The notes under the pieces were generated by a model that was not told where the DNA came from, searched no databases, and saw only the letters and a list, made by a program, of their open reading frames with translations. DNA of 32,000 nucleotides from Wolbachia endosymbiont strain TRS of Brugia malayi. GTDB lineage: Bacteria > Pseudomonadota > Alphaproteobacteria > Rickettsiales > Anaplasmataceae. Position 1 is the stretch's first letter; each line of letters starts with the position of its first letter. Made by a program: the position numbers and the translations under genes. The DNA is taken from positions 450,001 to 482,000 of the forward strand of contig NC_006833.1 of the NCBI RefSeq assembly GCF_000008385.1, written 5' to 3'. Below are positions 11,401 to 19,731 of the stretch, in pieces.

Positions 11401-11870
11401 ATGGTCTTATAGTCATTATGAAAATCTACCCACCTTGCCTGCCTATTTACATACTTTTCCCATTCTGATGAAAATTTCATCACAGAAGTACGGCAATAGT
11501 TATTGAATTTTTCAATGCCAAATTTTTCTATCTCAGTTCTGCCAGATATTCCAAGTTCCTTTTCTGCCCCCATCTCAGCTGGCAGCCCATGACAATCCCA
11601 ACCAAATCTACGTTCAACCTTTTTTTGAAGCATAGTTTGATATCTCGCAAATGCATCCTTTATGAAGCCAGTGAGTAAGTGCCCATAATGTGGAAGTCCA
11701 TTTGCAAATGGAGGTCCATCGTAAAAGACAAAACAATTATCCTTAGAACGTTTCTCAACTGACTGCTCAAAAATTTTGTTTTCCTGCCAAAATTTTATGA
11801 TTTCCTTTTCTAATGATGAAAAATCAGGGCTGCTTATTGTATCAGGGTAATGCTTTGGCTTCATGTTCAC
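8460..11870 (-). CDS. ileS: Isoleucyl-tRNA synthetase, type 2 (eukaryote-like)
   Basis: 1136 aa. Class I motifs are 'GLPHYGHLLTG' (HIGH variant) and 'GQKLSKRLNNYADP' (KMSKR variant). Also has 'WDCHGLPAEMGAEKELGI', 'LLAWTTTPWTLPSNLALA' and 'CWFESGSVPFAQVHYPF', with no recognisable C-terminal Zn motif of the bacterial type. Confidence 0.96.
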   Translation of the reverse strand: MNMKPKHYPDTISSPDFSSLEKEIIKFWQENKIFEQSVEKRSKDNCFVFYDGPPFANGLPHYGHLLTGFIKDAFARYQTMLQKKVERRFGWDCHGLPAEMGAEKELGISGRTEIEKFGIEKFNNYCRTSVMKFSSEWEKYVNRQARWVDFHNDYKTMDRSFMESVIWAFKQLYDKGLVYESVRVVPYSWACETPLSNFETRLDTAYRKKTSKAVTVAFELLENPQQFKQKCKLLAWTTTPWTLPSNLALAIGKDIEYCAVSVHSSVSFQHVTLESREKETWIPLSRTGMTEEGTETVTEDNEVSLVNNEIYIFAEDYLEKFIGHCEQNNIPYENCNTKLKADDLAGLSYKPLFNYFKGTKNAFRVFIADYVTGEDGTGVVHTAPGFGEEDFYLCQSHDIPAICPIDNSGRFTAEVSDLTGIHVFDTNDAIIKKLKEQGNWFKTEQYIHNYPHCWRTDTPLIYRAMPSWYVAVTKFKERMIELNKRVNWIPTHIRDGQFGKWLERAHDWSISRNRFWGTPIPIWKSDNARYPRVDVYGSIAELERDFNVKVNDLHRPFIDSLTRPNPDDPTGKSIMRRVPDVFDCWFESGSVPFAQVHYPFENKEWFESNFPADFITEYIAQTRGWFYTLFVLSTALFDSEPFKNCICHGVVLDVKGQKLSKRLNNYADPMEVFDKYGSDALRFLMLSGSIVCGGNLFLNKEGSSIRDVLKNVMKPIWNSYHFFTMYANADGIKAEVCKDYKSTIDSYMIFKCFEAVESIQASMSNYNSQEACKILIDFFEVLNNWYIRRSRERFWKSNLDQDKTDAYNVLYTVFYYILRAAVPLLPLITETIWQGLKYKEISVHLADFPQLERYDSELIAKMDLVREICNSALSIRNTFNIRVRQPLGSMTVYHQSSCSFLESKPLSVVIPKFSPVIPMRDTGTQKEKKWSNAEMKTSMNEYQEMIKDEVNVKELKLVNSLEGIASLELKLNFPMLGKRIPDKVKKLVQYVKEGKWKQVDNEQVFLGNESESYIIEKDEYELLLKTNSEYSSVFGDNKGIVILNTALDDALVLEGLARDVVRLIQEARKQADFHISDRIRVIIKTEDEKIKRAINTWGEYIREQTLSLSLEINIEIGDNFYSKEYQDLIVGIELNC

Positions 11871-11928
11871 TATTTAAAACTAAAAGGTATATAACTTTCT
11901 GGAAAATTACAAATTCAAAAAAACAAAT

Positions 11929-13293
11929 TCATTCCTGTAGTTCACGCCCTAATAGGCTATTTTGCCAAGCTTCCAATATCCTTACATTCACTATCTTATC
12001 TCTACATTTATCTTCAGGATCATCAATGCACACCGATTGCATATATGGGCTTTTACCAATAATTTGGTTTTGGTGTTTACCTTTTTTATTGCTAAATAGA
12101 ACAGGTATAGTTTTACCTACCATACTCTGGTTAAACTCAAGTTGTTGCTTATTAATCAACTTCTGTAAATGAAGGAGGCGTTCTGTTTTAACCTTTTCTG
12201 GTACCTGATCTTTTCTTTCTGCCCCTGGCGTACCTGGCCTTGTGCTGTATTTAAAGCTATAAGCCTGAGCATACCTAACTCTTTCCACTAATTTTATAGT
12301 CCCTTCAAAGTCTTTTTCGGTTTCTCCAGGAAAACCAACGATAAAGTCAGAGGAAAATTCGATTTTGGGTTTCAATTTGCGAAATCTTTCTATTATTTCT
12401 AAATATTCCTCTGTAGTGTATTTTCTGTTCATTGCACGCAATATCTTATTCGAACCTGACTGCACAGGCAGGTGAATAAATGGCATAAGTTTTGGTGCCT
12501 CCGCATGTGCCAAGTAAAGAGACTCATGCATATCCCTTGGGTGAGAAGTCGTATAGCGAATTCTTTCTAGTTTTTCAATTTTAGCAATATGACTAATTAA
12601 TTTTCCTAAATCCCACACTTCCCCTTCGTATTCGCCATGATAAGCATTAACGTTCTGACCAAGTAAATTGATTTCTTTTGCCCCATTTGCAACTAATTTC
12701 AATGCTTCACGGAATATTTCATTTACTGGACGTGAATATTCAGCTCCGCGAGTATATGGCACCACACAAAATGTACAAAACTTATCGCAACCCTCTTGTA
12801 TAGAAAGAAATGCAGAAGATCCTTGGCTATTACCATAGCATTCATCTGATAATCTATCAAACTTCATAACCTTAGGAAAATCAGTGTTTATCACATGACC
12901 TTTACTTCTGCTTGCTTTAACTATCAGCTCTGGCAGGGTAGTTATGCTCTGTGGGCCAACAACAATATCAACAAAAGGTGCTCTTCTAAATATTTCTTCT
13001 CCCTCTGCTTGTGCAACACATCCCGCTGCCACTATAGTAATTTCTTTATTTTTTCTTGATGAATGAATTTTCCCAAGCTCAGAATAAAGCTTTTCTGCTG
13101 CTTTCTCTCTAATATGACAGGTATTAAGTATTACCAAATCAGCTTTTTCTACATCATTAACAACGTTAAACCCCAAAGGTTTAATTATATTTTCCATTAA
13201 AATGGAGTCATAAACGTTCATTTGACAGCCATAAGTTTTGATATATAAGCTTTTCATGCTTTTATTATTTGGCATGTTTTTTAATCTTTTCAC
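11929..13293 (-). CDS. miaB: tRNA-2-methylthio-N6-dimethylallyladenosine synthase
   Basis: N-terminal MTTase domain '[14 protein letters not shown]', radical SAM cluster '[24 protein letters not shown]', 'GQNVNAY', '[17 protein letters not shown]'. Confidence 0.97.
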   Translation of the reverse strand: MKRLKNMPNNKSMKSLYIKTYGCQMNVYDSILMENIIKPLGFNVVNDVEKADLVILNTCHIREKAAEKLYSELGKIHSSRKNKEITIVAAGCVAQAEGEEIFRRAPFVDIVVGPQSITTLPELIVKASRSKGHVINTDFPKVMKFDRLSDECYGNSQGSSAFLSIQEGCDKFCTFCVVPYTRGAEYSRPVNEIFREALKLVANGAKEINLLGQNVNAYHGEYEGEVWDLGKLISHIAKIEKLERIRYTTSHPRDMHESLYLAHAEAPKLMPFIHLPVQSGSNKILRAMNRKYTTEEYLEIIERFRKLKPKIEFSSDFIVGFPGETEKDFEGTIKLVERVRYAQAYSFKYSTRPGTPGAERKDQVPEKVKTERLLHLQKLINKQQLEFNQSMVGKTIPVLFSNKKGKHQNQIIGKSPYMQSVCIDDPEDKCRDKIVNVRILEAWQNSLLGRELQE

Positions 13294-13319
13294 TCTATAC
13301 GTAAATGTCTAAACACATG

Positions 13320-13530
13320 CACCGATATCGTTCCAGCACATGGCGCTGGTGTACTTATCACAAGTATGTATAATAGATTTTTATGGAATAATACAAAAAA
13401 CTCGATTCTAGTGTCAAGCACATAGCTGTACGAATATTGTAATTTTAGTCCACCAAGGTGGTGTCATTCTAGTGCCCCTTCTTGTCATTTAAGCAGTTGA
13501 CACTGGGATCTCACTTTTACACATTGGACC
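13320..13530. repeat. Decayed intergenic repeat or palindrome-containing sequence
   Basis: Contains the short inverted repeats CCAGC-acatggc-GCTGG (13333-13349) and CCACC-aa-GGTGG, plus 'ctagtgtcaagcac'/'gtgtcattctagtgcccc' blocks of the kind seen in Wolbachia/Rickettsiales palindromic elements. It lies directly beside repeat copy B. Confidence 0.35.
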
Positions 13531-13531
13531 A

Positions 13532-13850
13532 CAAATATTAAGAAATTTATCAAGTAAAGAAAAAAGGTAAAAGGACTCCATATAGAAGTTGCTCACTCTC
13601 TAATCCTGTAAATTGCCGTACTATGCTGTCTTAAACGTTTTATAGGTGCGTTTCGATTTGTATAGGTAAAAACCTGAAATCTAGGTAAGATTTATAAAGG
13701 CATGAGGTGTACATAGTGCAAAAGTTAAAAAATAAGAAGCCAGCCCCGTTATACTCTTGTCGTTTAATCTGTACAGGTTGAGGATAAATAAACACCTTCA
13801 ATCTCATGATAAAGGATTGGTAAGGTTTATCAAGTAGTTTTTTAGCCACA
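13532..13850 (+). repeat. Dispersed intergenic repeat, copy B (reference orientation)
   Basis: 'CTCTCTAATCCTGTAAATTGCCGTACTATGCTGTCTTAAACGTTTTATAGG...GTAAAAACCTGAAATCTAGG...TATAAAGGCATGAGGTGTACATAGTGCAAAA...AATCTGTACAGGTT...TTATCAAGTAGTTTTTT' matches the reverse complement of 31571-31876 almost block for block. Confidence 0.88.
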
Positions 13851-13877
13851 TTTCTATAAACTACAAGAGAAGAAATA

Positions 13878-14516
13878 CTAGACTTTATACCTTTTGCACT
13901 CAAACTCACATAAATCATGAATTATGCATGTTTTACACGAGGGTTTTTGTGCTTTGCAAACATATCTACCATGTAAAACTAGCCAATGATGAGCATAGAG
14001 TAGGTATTTTTTTGGAACTACATTTAAAAGAGATTTCTCTGTTTTGAACACGTCTTTTTCTTTCACAAGGCCAATTTTATTGCTCACTCTAAAAACATGA
14101 GTATCAACTGCCAATGTTGGAATGCCAAGTCCCGAATTTAAAAATACATTAGCACTCTTTCTTCCAACTCCTGGCAAAGACACCAAGTCGTCAAAATTGG
14201 TAGGCACTTTACTAGTGTGCCGCTCAACTAATATTCTGCTGAGCTCAATTATGTTTTTTGCTTTGGAATTATATAAACCAATACTGCTTATGTGTTTCTT
14301 AAGCTCGCTCTGCCCAAGATTCAGCATCTTTTCTGGCGTATTAGCGATGCTAAATAGCTCTTTTGTAATTTTATTAACACTTACATCAGTTGTACGTGCA
14401 GATAGAACTATCGCAACCAGTAATGTAAAATGATTGGTATAACTTAGCTCTATTTTCGGTATAGGATTCGATTGCTTTAATTTCTCAAATATCAATTCTA
14501 TTTTTTCTGAATCCAT
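13878..14516 (-). CDS. nth: Endonuclease III
   Basis: 212 aa. HhH motif 'LVSLPGVGRKSANVFLN', catalytic 'VDTHVFRVSNKIGLV', and C-terminal 4Fe-4S ligands C-(x6)-C-(x2)-C-(x5)-C in 'CKAQKPSCKTCIIHDLC'. Confidence 0.96.
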   Translation of the reverse strand: MDSEKIELIFEKLKQSNPIPKIELSYTNHFTLLVAIVLSARTTDVSVNKITKELFSIANTPEKMLNLGQSELKKHISSIGLYNSKAKNIIELSRILVERHTSKVPTNFDDLVSLPGVGRKSANVFLNSGLGIPTLAVDTHVFRVSNKIGLVKEKDVFKTEKSLLNVVPKKYLLYAHHWLVLHGRYVCKAQKPSCKTCIIHDLCEFECKRYKV

Positions 14517-14707
14517 GCATAGAGCTAAAACTTATACTATACTGTAATATCCTACCATATAAATCCAATTGTTCCATGGTTATGGTACTTAGTGTTAACA
14601 CCAGATACATTATGTTTACTTCATCAAAATTCCCTTTCAGCAAACTTGTTTGCCACTTCTGCAAAACACTTCCTAACAAGGGATATAATTATTGACATTA
14701 ACAGTTT

Positions 14708-15838
14708 TCATGTACCATACTCCCCTAACAGATCAGTTTCCTTTTGTACTCTATCTTTTGGACCTTCATCAAGTAAGTCTCTTGTATGCTTTTCAGCATA
14801 TATTTTACAACCTCTTGAGAAGACAGGAGCTAGCACTTCAATTAATATTGCTAATGCAAGCAGAGAACCAAGTATACCTACACCAACAGTTAATCCATTA
14901 GCAATAAAATTTGTTGTAAGTAAATAAACAGAAAAAGCAGCAATAAGATAGGTAAAAAGAGGTTTACTGCCTAGCGCAATATAGTTCATTTTGTTCATAA
15001 ACCCATAAGTAGAAATTTCACTATTTCCATACTTAGCCATATAATGGCTCGCTAACTTATAAACAACGTATTCACAAACAATATTAAATGCTACTATCCA
15101 CCATGACAAGTAACAGCCTACAGTAATGGTAGTTAATAGAGCTAAAGGTAAAGTGCTTTCTTTTCCGATATTTAGTAAAGCATTTTTACGCACTATAAAT
15201 TCTAACGTCAAGGCCTTTTTATCCTCTTCAACTGAACTTCCACCTTTTTCTAGGGAAACAATATAATTGGATAATTGTATATCTGGCTTTACTTAACATT
15301 GATTCAGTTCTTGTGTCAACTTTTTAATTTCTATCTCTTTTTTGAAGATACCTAAACTTGGATCTTGTAAAACTTTTCCATTTAACTTATAAGCTTAATC
15401 CAGTTTTTTAGTTTTCTTCAAACAAAAGGCCTTTACTCTTTAATATAGACATTAATTTTACGTAATTTTTCCAACTGCTTCTTCTTCAGTGATATTCAAT
15501 TTTTCAAATAATTTCTTTCTATAATGAAATTCACGTACTGTTGAACGCCCATCACCTTCAGCACTAACGTTAACTTTAACACAAGGATTTCCTAACTCTA
15601 AAGATTTAATATATTTTTCAGCTCTTCATAAGCCTGATAAATCTATATAAATCTATTTCCTTCTCCACCTTTATCAGAATGATCTACAAGTATCAATTTC
15701 CTATGCTGCTTCTTTAAAATTCTGCTAAGCTCTTCGTAATTCTTATCTACAACTTGCTCAGCCTTTATTTTCAATAAGCTAAACAAATCAGCTTTATCGC
15801 GAAACTACTGATTAGTTAATTTAAAATGTTCACTCACT
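14708..15838 (-). pseudogene. Decayed J-domain (DnaJ-like) protein with C-terminal membrane domain
   Basis: The minus strand of ~15600-15838 reads NYEELSRILKKQHRKLILVDHSDKGGEGNRFI*IYQAYEELKN, matching the second half of a J domain. KEIEIKKLTQELNQC*VKPDIQLSNYIVSLEKGGSSVEEDKKAL runs in frame into the track ORF 14708-15211 (MTLEFIVRK...). Internal stops and at least one frameshift are present. Confidence 0.72.
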
Positions 15839-15917
15839 ACTATATCCTATACAAACATTACGTGCTCTTAACATAATAAATTAAATATTGCATGGAGCTA
15901 AAACTCTCAACAATAAC

Positions 15918-17345
15918 TTAAGAAAAGAACCCTTCTTTCTCATCATACAAATACAACTTATCCATTCTCACCACATCAAAGCTATTTCTTTCAAGTTTGA
16001 TTAGCAGGTTGTTTACATCAATGTTTGTGATAGTTTTCTTTTCGTTATTTGCAATAAACCTGCAAGTTACTTGGTCACTCAAAGATTTTGAGTCTCCAGG
16101 CCAGATCGCCAGCCCTTTTGAGTATATTGCTATAACCTTTGGATTACTTGACTCAAATAATTTCACTATTTGATTAAAATTGCTGGATTTGTCCCAAGCG
16201 AGCGTTATGTCGCTACCAACCAGTTTCCTAACTTTATAGTCTTGTTCACAGTTACCTTGTATTTTACTAATTTTACTACTTACACCATTGCTAATTATAA
16301 GCTCAGGCAATATTCCAGGTTTCTTTCCTATATTATCTATAACAGCCTCTGCAAACTCTTTCGTACCAACTTTCTGTTTACTCTTCTTCTCTTTATACAA
16401 ATCAGCAGTGTGTATCCCATCCTCCAAAGTCTTTAGCCATGCATCGTGAACTAATTTTGCAACATCTGCCTGACCTATATAGATCAACATATGCACCGCG
16501 GCATTTAAAAGGCCAGAAGGATTAGCTATGTTTTTTCCTGCAATATTAGGAGCAGAACCATGAACTGCTTCAAACATTGCATATTCACTACCTATATTAC
16601 TACTTCCAGCAAGCCCTACAGAACCTGAGGTTTGTGCTACTATGTCTGACAATATATCGCCATATAGGTTCTCAGTTACTATAACATCGAAATTTTCAGG
16701 TTCTGTGGCAACACGTGCCATTCCAATGTCAACTATATAATGTTCTGCCTTTATATCTGGATATTCTTTTGCAATAGAATCAAATGCTGTATGGAAAATG
16801 CCATCAGTCATTTTCATTATGTTATCTTTAGTTAGGCAAGTTACTTTCTTCCTATTGTGTCTTTTTGCATAATTAAAAGCGTATCTGCATATTTTCTCTG
16901 AGCCAGATCTAGTAATAATTTTAGTGCACTGGTAGGAATTACCAGTAAGCCTATGCTCTATTCCTGTATAAACGTCCTCTTCATTTTCGCGTATCACTAC
17001 AATATCAAACCTATCGAATTTATTTTCTATAACAGGATGATATGAAGTGCATGGCCTGATGTTTGCATATAACCCTAGACTTTTTCTGAGTGCAACATTT
17101 AAGCTTTTGTGCCCTTTACCTTGTGAAGTTGTTGTCGGAGACTTGAGCAATACCTTTGTTCTTTCAATAGACTCCCAACCACTTGGAGAAATTCCGTAAG
17201 ACCATTCCTTATTATAAACACGCTCTCCTATTTCAATAACATCTATTGAAATCTTTGCCTCTGCTTCGCGCAGCATCGACAGCACCGCTTCCATAATTTC
17301 TGGCCCGATACCGTCACCATATGCAACTGTGATTGGTGTTGACAT
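15918..17345 (-). CDS. icd: Isocitrate dehydrogenase (isocitrate/isopropylmalate dehydrogenase family, C-terminally extended form)
   Basis: 475 aa. 'VAYGDGIGPEIMEAV', 'ANIRPCTSYHPV', 'IVVIRENEEDVYTGIEHRLT', 'VTENLYGDILSDIVAQTSGSVGLAGSSNIG', 'MFEAVHGSAPNIAGKNIANPSG', followed by an extension of roughly 130 aa. Confidence 0.93.
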   Translation of the reverse strand: MSTPITVAYGDGIGPEIMEAVLSMLREAEAKISIDVIEIGERVYNKEWSYGISPSGWESIERTKVLLKSPTTTSQGKGHKSLNVALRKSLGLYANIRPCTSYHPVIENKFDRFDIVVIRENEEDVYTGIEHRLTGNSYQCTKIITRSGSEKICRYAFNYAKRHNRKKVTCLTKDNIMKMTDGIFHTAFDSIAKEYPDIKAEHYIVDIGMARVATEPENFDVIVTENLYGDILSDIVAQTSGSVGLAGSSNIGSEYAMFEAVHGSAPNIAGKNIANPSGLLNAAVHMLIYIGQADVAKLVHDAWLKTLEDGIHTADLYKEKKSKQKVGTKEFAEAVIDNIGKKPGILPELIISNGVSSKISKIQGNCEQDYKVRKLVGSDITLAWDKSSNFNQIVKLFESSNPKVIAIYSKGLAIWPGDSKSLSDQVTCRFIANNEKKTITNIDVNNLLIKLERNSFDVVRMDKLYLYDEKEGFFS

Positions 17346-17480
17346 AACTTCCCTAACTATAAGTGATTTTATATTAGTTCAAATAATAGGGCGGGTCAAT
17401 ATTATACAAATTAGTATATTTATAATTATTTAATAATGTGCTTTCATACTAATTATAACATCAGGAAACACGGGCAGTGC

Positions 17481-17971
17481 ATGGATACTAAAATAAGTTA
17501 TGCAAGAACTATAAGACGTATCCTTACATTTGCCATTGATTACATCTTAGCACAGGGAATAGGATTTGTCATTGGATTTACTATTCGATTACCTTAGCGC
17601 CTTCTCTATTACTCAATGTGACTGAATGATTTTAGATAAAGCAGTAATTATACAAGTAATAGGGGTAATATTGGAATTAACATTTTATGTATTTACGATA
17701 ATAGAATTTGGTGGTACTCCAGAACAATTATTACTTTGCATGCGTGTAAAAGACGAGAATACACTTGAAAAATACTCTAACACAAGCAATAAACAGAACA
17801 GCAACTTTTGGAGTGTCGTATTTTATAATCTATCACACACTACTCAATATTTCTAATCTATTCATAGTTGTACCAATCTTAATTATATTATTTGCAATCT
17901 TTAGCCAGCGTAAGCAATTTCTTTACGGTAAAATTGCAAAAACAGTAGTAATAGATTATAAACTTAGTTGA
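17481..17971 (+). pseudogene. RDD-family membrane protein, frameshifted/nonsense-mutated
   Basis: Frame 1: MDTKISYARTIRRILTFAIDYILAQGIGFVIGFTIRLP*. Frame 2: LELTFYVFTIIEFGGTPEQLLLCMRVKDEN. Frame 3: TLTQAINRT...NISNLFIVVPILIILFAIFSQRKQFLYGKIAKTVVIDYK. In order these reconstruct the RDD layout (RRxxAxxIDYI...GTPGKxLLGLKVVDE...D.IAxTxVV). Confidence 0.75.
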
Positions 17972-18085
17972 TATTTTTCTTTAGCTGTCGATATCACGCA
18001 AAACCCTTCAATCGTGTTTTGAACTATTGATAAGTCTATTACAATAAAGTATTATAGTCTTGTTAGCTGAACATTACTTAAGTAT

Positions 18086-18844
18086 ATGGGAATTTTGTGG
18101 ACAATTCTGGGGAAGATATTAGGCAAGATTTTTCCTGCTAAAACAGTAAGCTCTTTTCTAGGAATAGGATATTTACCAGGTTGGCAGAACTATTGGTCTT
18201 CTTTTTTAATATTACTTGTTGCCGACATTACATTAATTCTCACATATGGAGGCGATTTTATACTATATAAGATGCCAAGTTCCGGCATAGTCGTGGCTGC
18301 TATTTTTATGAAGCTGGCGGTAGTTATGTTAATACTGCAATTAGTTGGAATATCTATTTTTCACGCCCAGGACCCTTCAGCAAGCAGTGATGAAAACATA
18401 GTAATACAAATAGCGTCAGGACAGGTACTGACTGTTGCACTTTCAATGCCAGCAATAATGTCAATTTATTATACTGTGAGTAACCTCTATGGAAATGTAT
18501 GCAAGCAGATACTTCAATGTCCGTTTTGGTTTAATGATTTCATGCACTTATTCTTCTTTTTTATAATACCTTATATATTTTTTAACTTTGTAGAAGTGAT
18601 AAAACCTTGGCCAATAGGTTCAATACAGCTCAGTTATAACAATGCAATATCAATCACATTTGAAGGGATTTTCCATACCTTTTATGCGGTAATTTTGCTA
18701 TATTTAACTGCATTTATATTCTGCGACCTCATTATGCATAATGCAATTATCCTAAACAAGAGCATAATTCAGTATATGAAAGAAAGTTCAGCGGTTTTAG
18801 GCGACTATTTACATAACACTGTTAAAAAAATAAGTATTGAATAG
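18086..18844 (+). CDS. Uncharacterised multi-pass membrane protein
   Basis: 252 aa, uninterrupted, with several hydrophobic segments (SFLILLVADITLILTYGGDFILY; VVAAIFMKLAVVMLILQLVGISIF; FMHLFFFFIIPYIFFNFVEV; FYAVILLYLTAFIFCDLIM). A Yip1-like fold is possible but not established. Confidence 0.75.
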   Translation: MGILWTILGKILGKIFPAKTVSSFLGIGYLPGWQNYWSSFLILLVADITLILTYGGDFILYKMPSSGIVVAAIFMKLAVVMLILQLVGISIFHAQDPSASSDENIVIQIASGQVLTVALSMPAIMSIYYTVSNLYGNVCKQILQCPFWFNDFMHLFFFFIIPYIFFNFVEVIKPWPIGSIQLSYNNAISITFEGIFHTFYAVILLYLTAFIFCDLIMHNAIILNKSIIQYMKESSAVLGDYLHNTVKKISIE

Positions 18845-18888
18845 TACTTATTTGTTTATATATTCAGTATAAAAAGTGTGTAGTTTGC

Positions 18889-19728
18889 GTGAATCTACAA
18901 AGCATAATAAAAGAATTACAAGATTTTTGGATTGGTGAAGGATGTACCATACTCCACCCATATACGTCTGAAGTTGGGGCTGGAACATTGCATCCTGCAA
19001 CAATCATGTCAGCAATTGACGTAAAACCAACAAAAATTGCATATCTACAACCAGTAGTTAGGCCAGCAGATGGACGCTATGGTGACAATCCTAATCGCTT
19101 ATATCAACATCATCAATACCAGGTTATAATAAAGCCATCTGGTAATAATTTGCAAGATGTCTATTTAAGTAGCTTGAGGGCTCTTGGCATATCCACAGAA
19201 AAATATGATATTAAGTTTATCGAAGATGATTGGGAGAATCCAAGTGTTGGCGCATCAGGCCTTGGGTGGGAGGTGACATGCAACGGAATGGAAGTAACAC
19301 AACTTACTTATATACAGCAAATAGGAAGTATTAATTGCAGAATAATCCCTGGTGAAGTGGCGTACGGGTTGGAACGTTTAGCAATGTGCATACAAGGTGT
19401 AAATAATGTTTATGATATAATATGGAATGACAATGGTATAACTTACGGAGATATTTTTAAGCAAAGAGAGTATGAACTTTCTTATCTGGCATTAGACTAT
19501 TATAATACCGAAGTAGTACAACAGCAATTTGAAGATACAGAAAAACTGTGTAAATTTCTTATCGAAAAAGAGTTACCGGTAGCAGCTTATGACCAATGTG
19601 TTAAAACTAGTCATCTGCTTAATCTGCTCGATGCAAGAGGTATACTTGGCGTAAATGAACGCACAGCATATATTGGTAGAGTGAGAGAGCTGACAAAAAA
19701 ATGTTGTGAGTTATATATGAGTAAGTAA
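18889..19728 (+). CDS. glyQ: Glycyl-tRNA synthetase alpha subunit (GTG start)
   Basis: 279 aa. 'LQDFWIGEGCTILHPYTSEVGAGTLHPATIMSAIDVKPTKIAYLQPVVRPADGRYGDNPNRLYQHHQYQVIIKP', 'GLGWEVTCNGMEVTQLTYIQQIGS'. Starts at non-ATG codon gtg. Confidence 0.98.
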   Translation: MNLQSIIKELQDFWIGEGCTILHPYTSEVGAGTLHPATIMSAIDVKPTKIAYLQPVVRPADGRYGDNPNRLYQHHQYQVIIKPSGNNLQDVYLSSLRALGISTEKYDIKFIEDDWENPSVGASGLGWEVTCNGMEVTQLTYIQQIGSINCRIIPGEVAYGLERLAMCIQGVNNVYDIIWNDNGITYGDIFKQREYELSYLALDYYNTEVVQQQFEDTEKLCKFLIEKELPVAAYDQCVKTSHLLNLLDARGILGVNERTAYIGRVRELTKKCCELYMSK

Positions 19729-19731
19729 CAT

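Noticed and set aside
13830-13850. Direct repeat TTTATCAAGTA at both ends of repeat copy B, as possible target-site duplication
   Set aside because: The start-side copy is not preserved in copies C (TTTACCAGATA) and D (TTTATTAAATA), and the end-side string belongs to the element's own conserved tail, so it is more likely internal to the repeat.
13640-13918. 92-aa minus-strand ORF, with partly similar ORF 25792-25995
   Set aside because: Both are translations of the dispersed repeat (shared FCTMYTSCLYK-like string arises from the 'GAGGTGYACATAGTGCAAAA' block). The rest is not conserved, so they are treated as non-coding repeat DNA.
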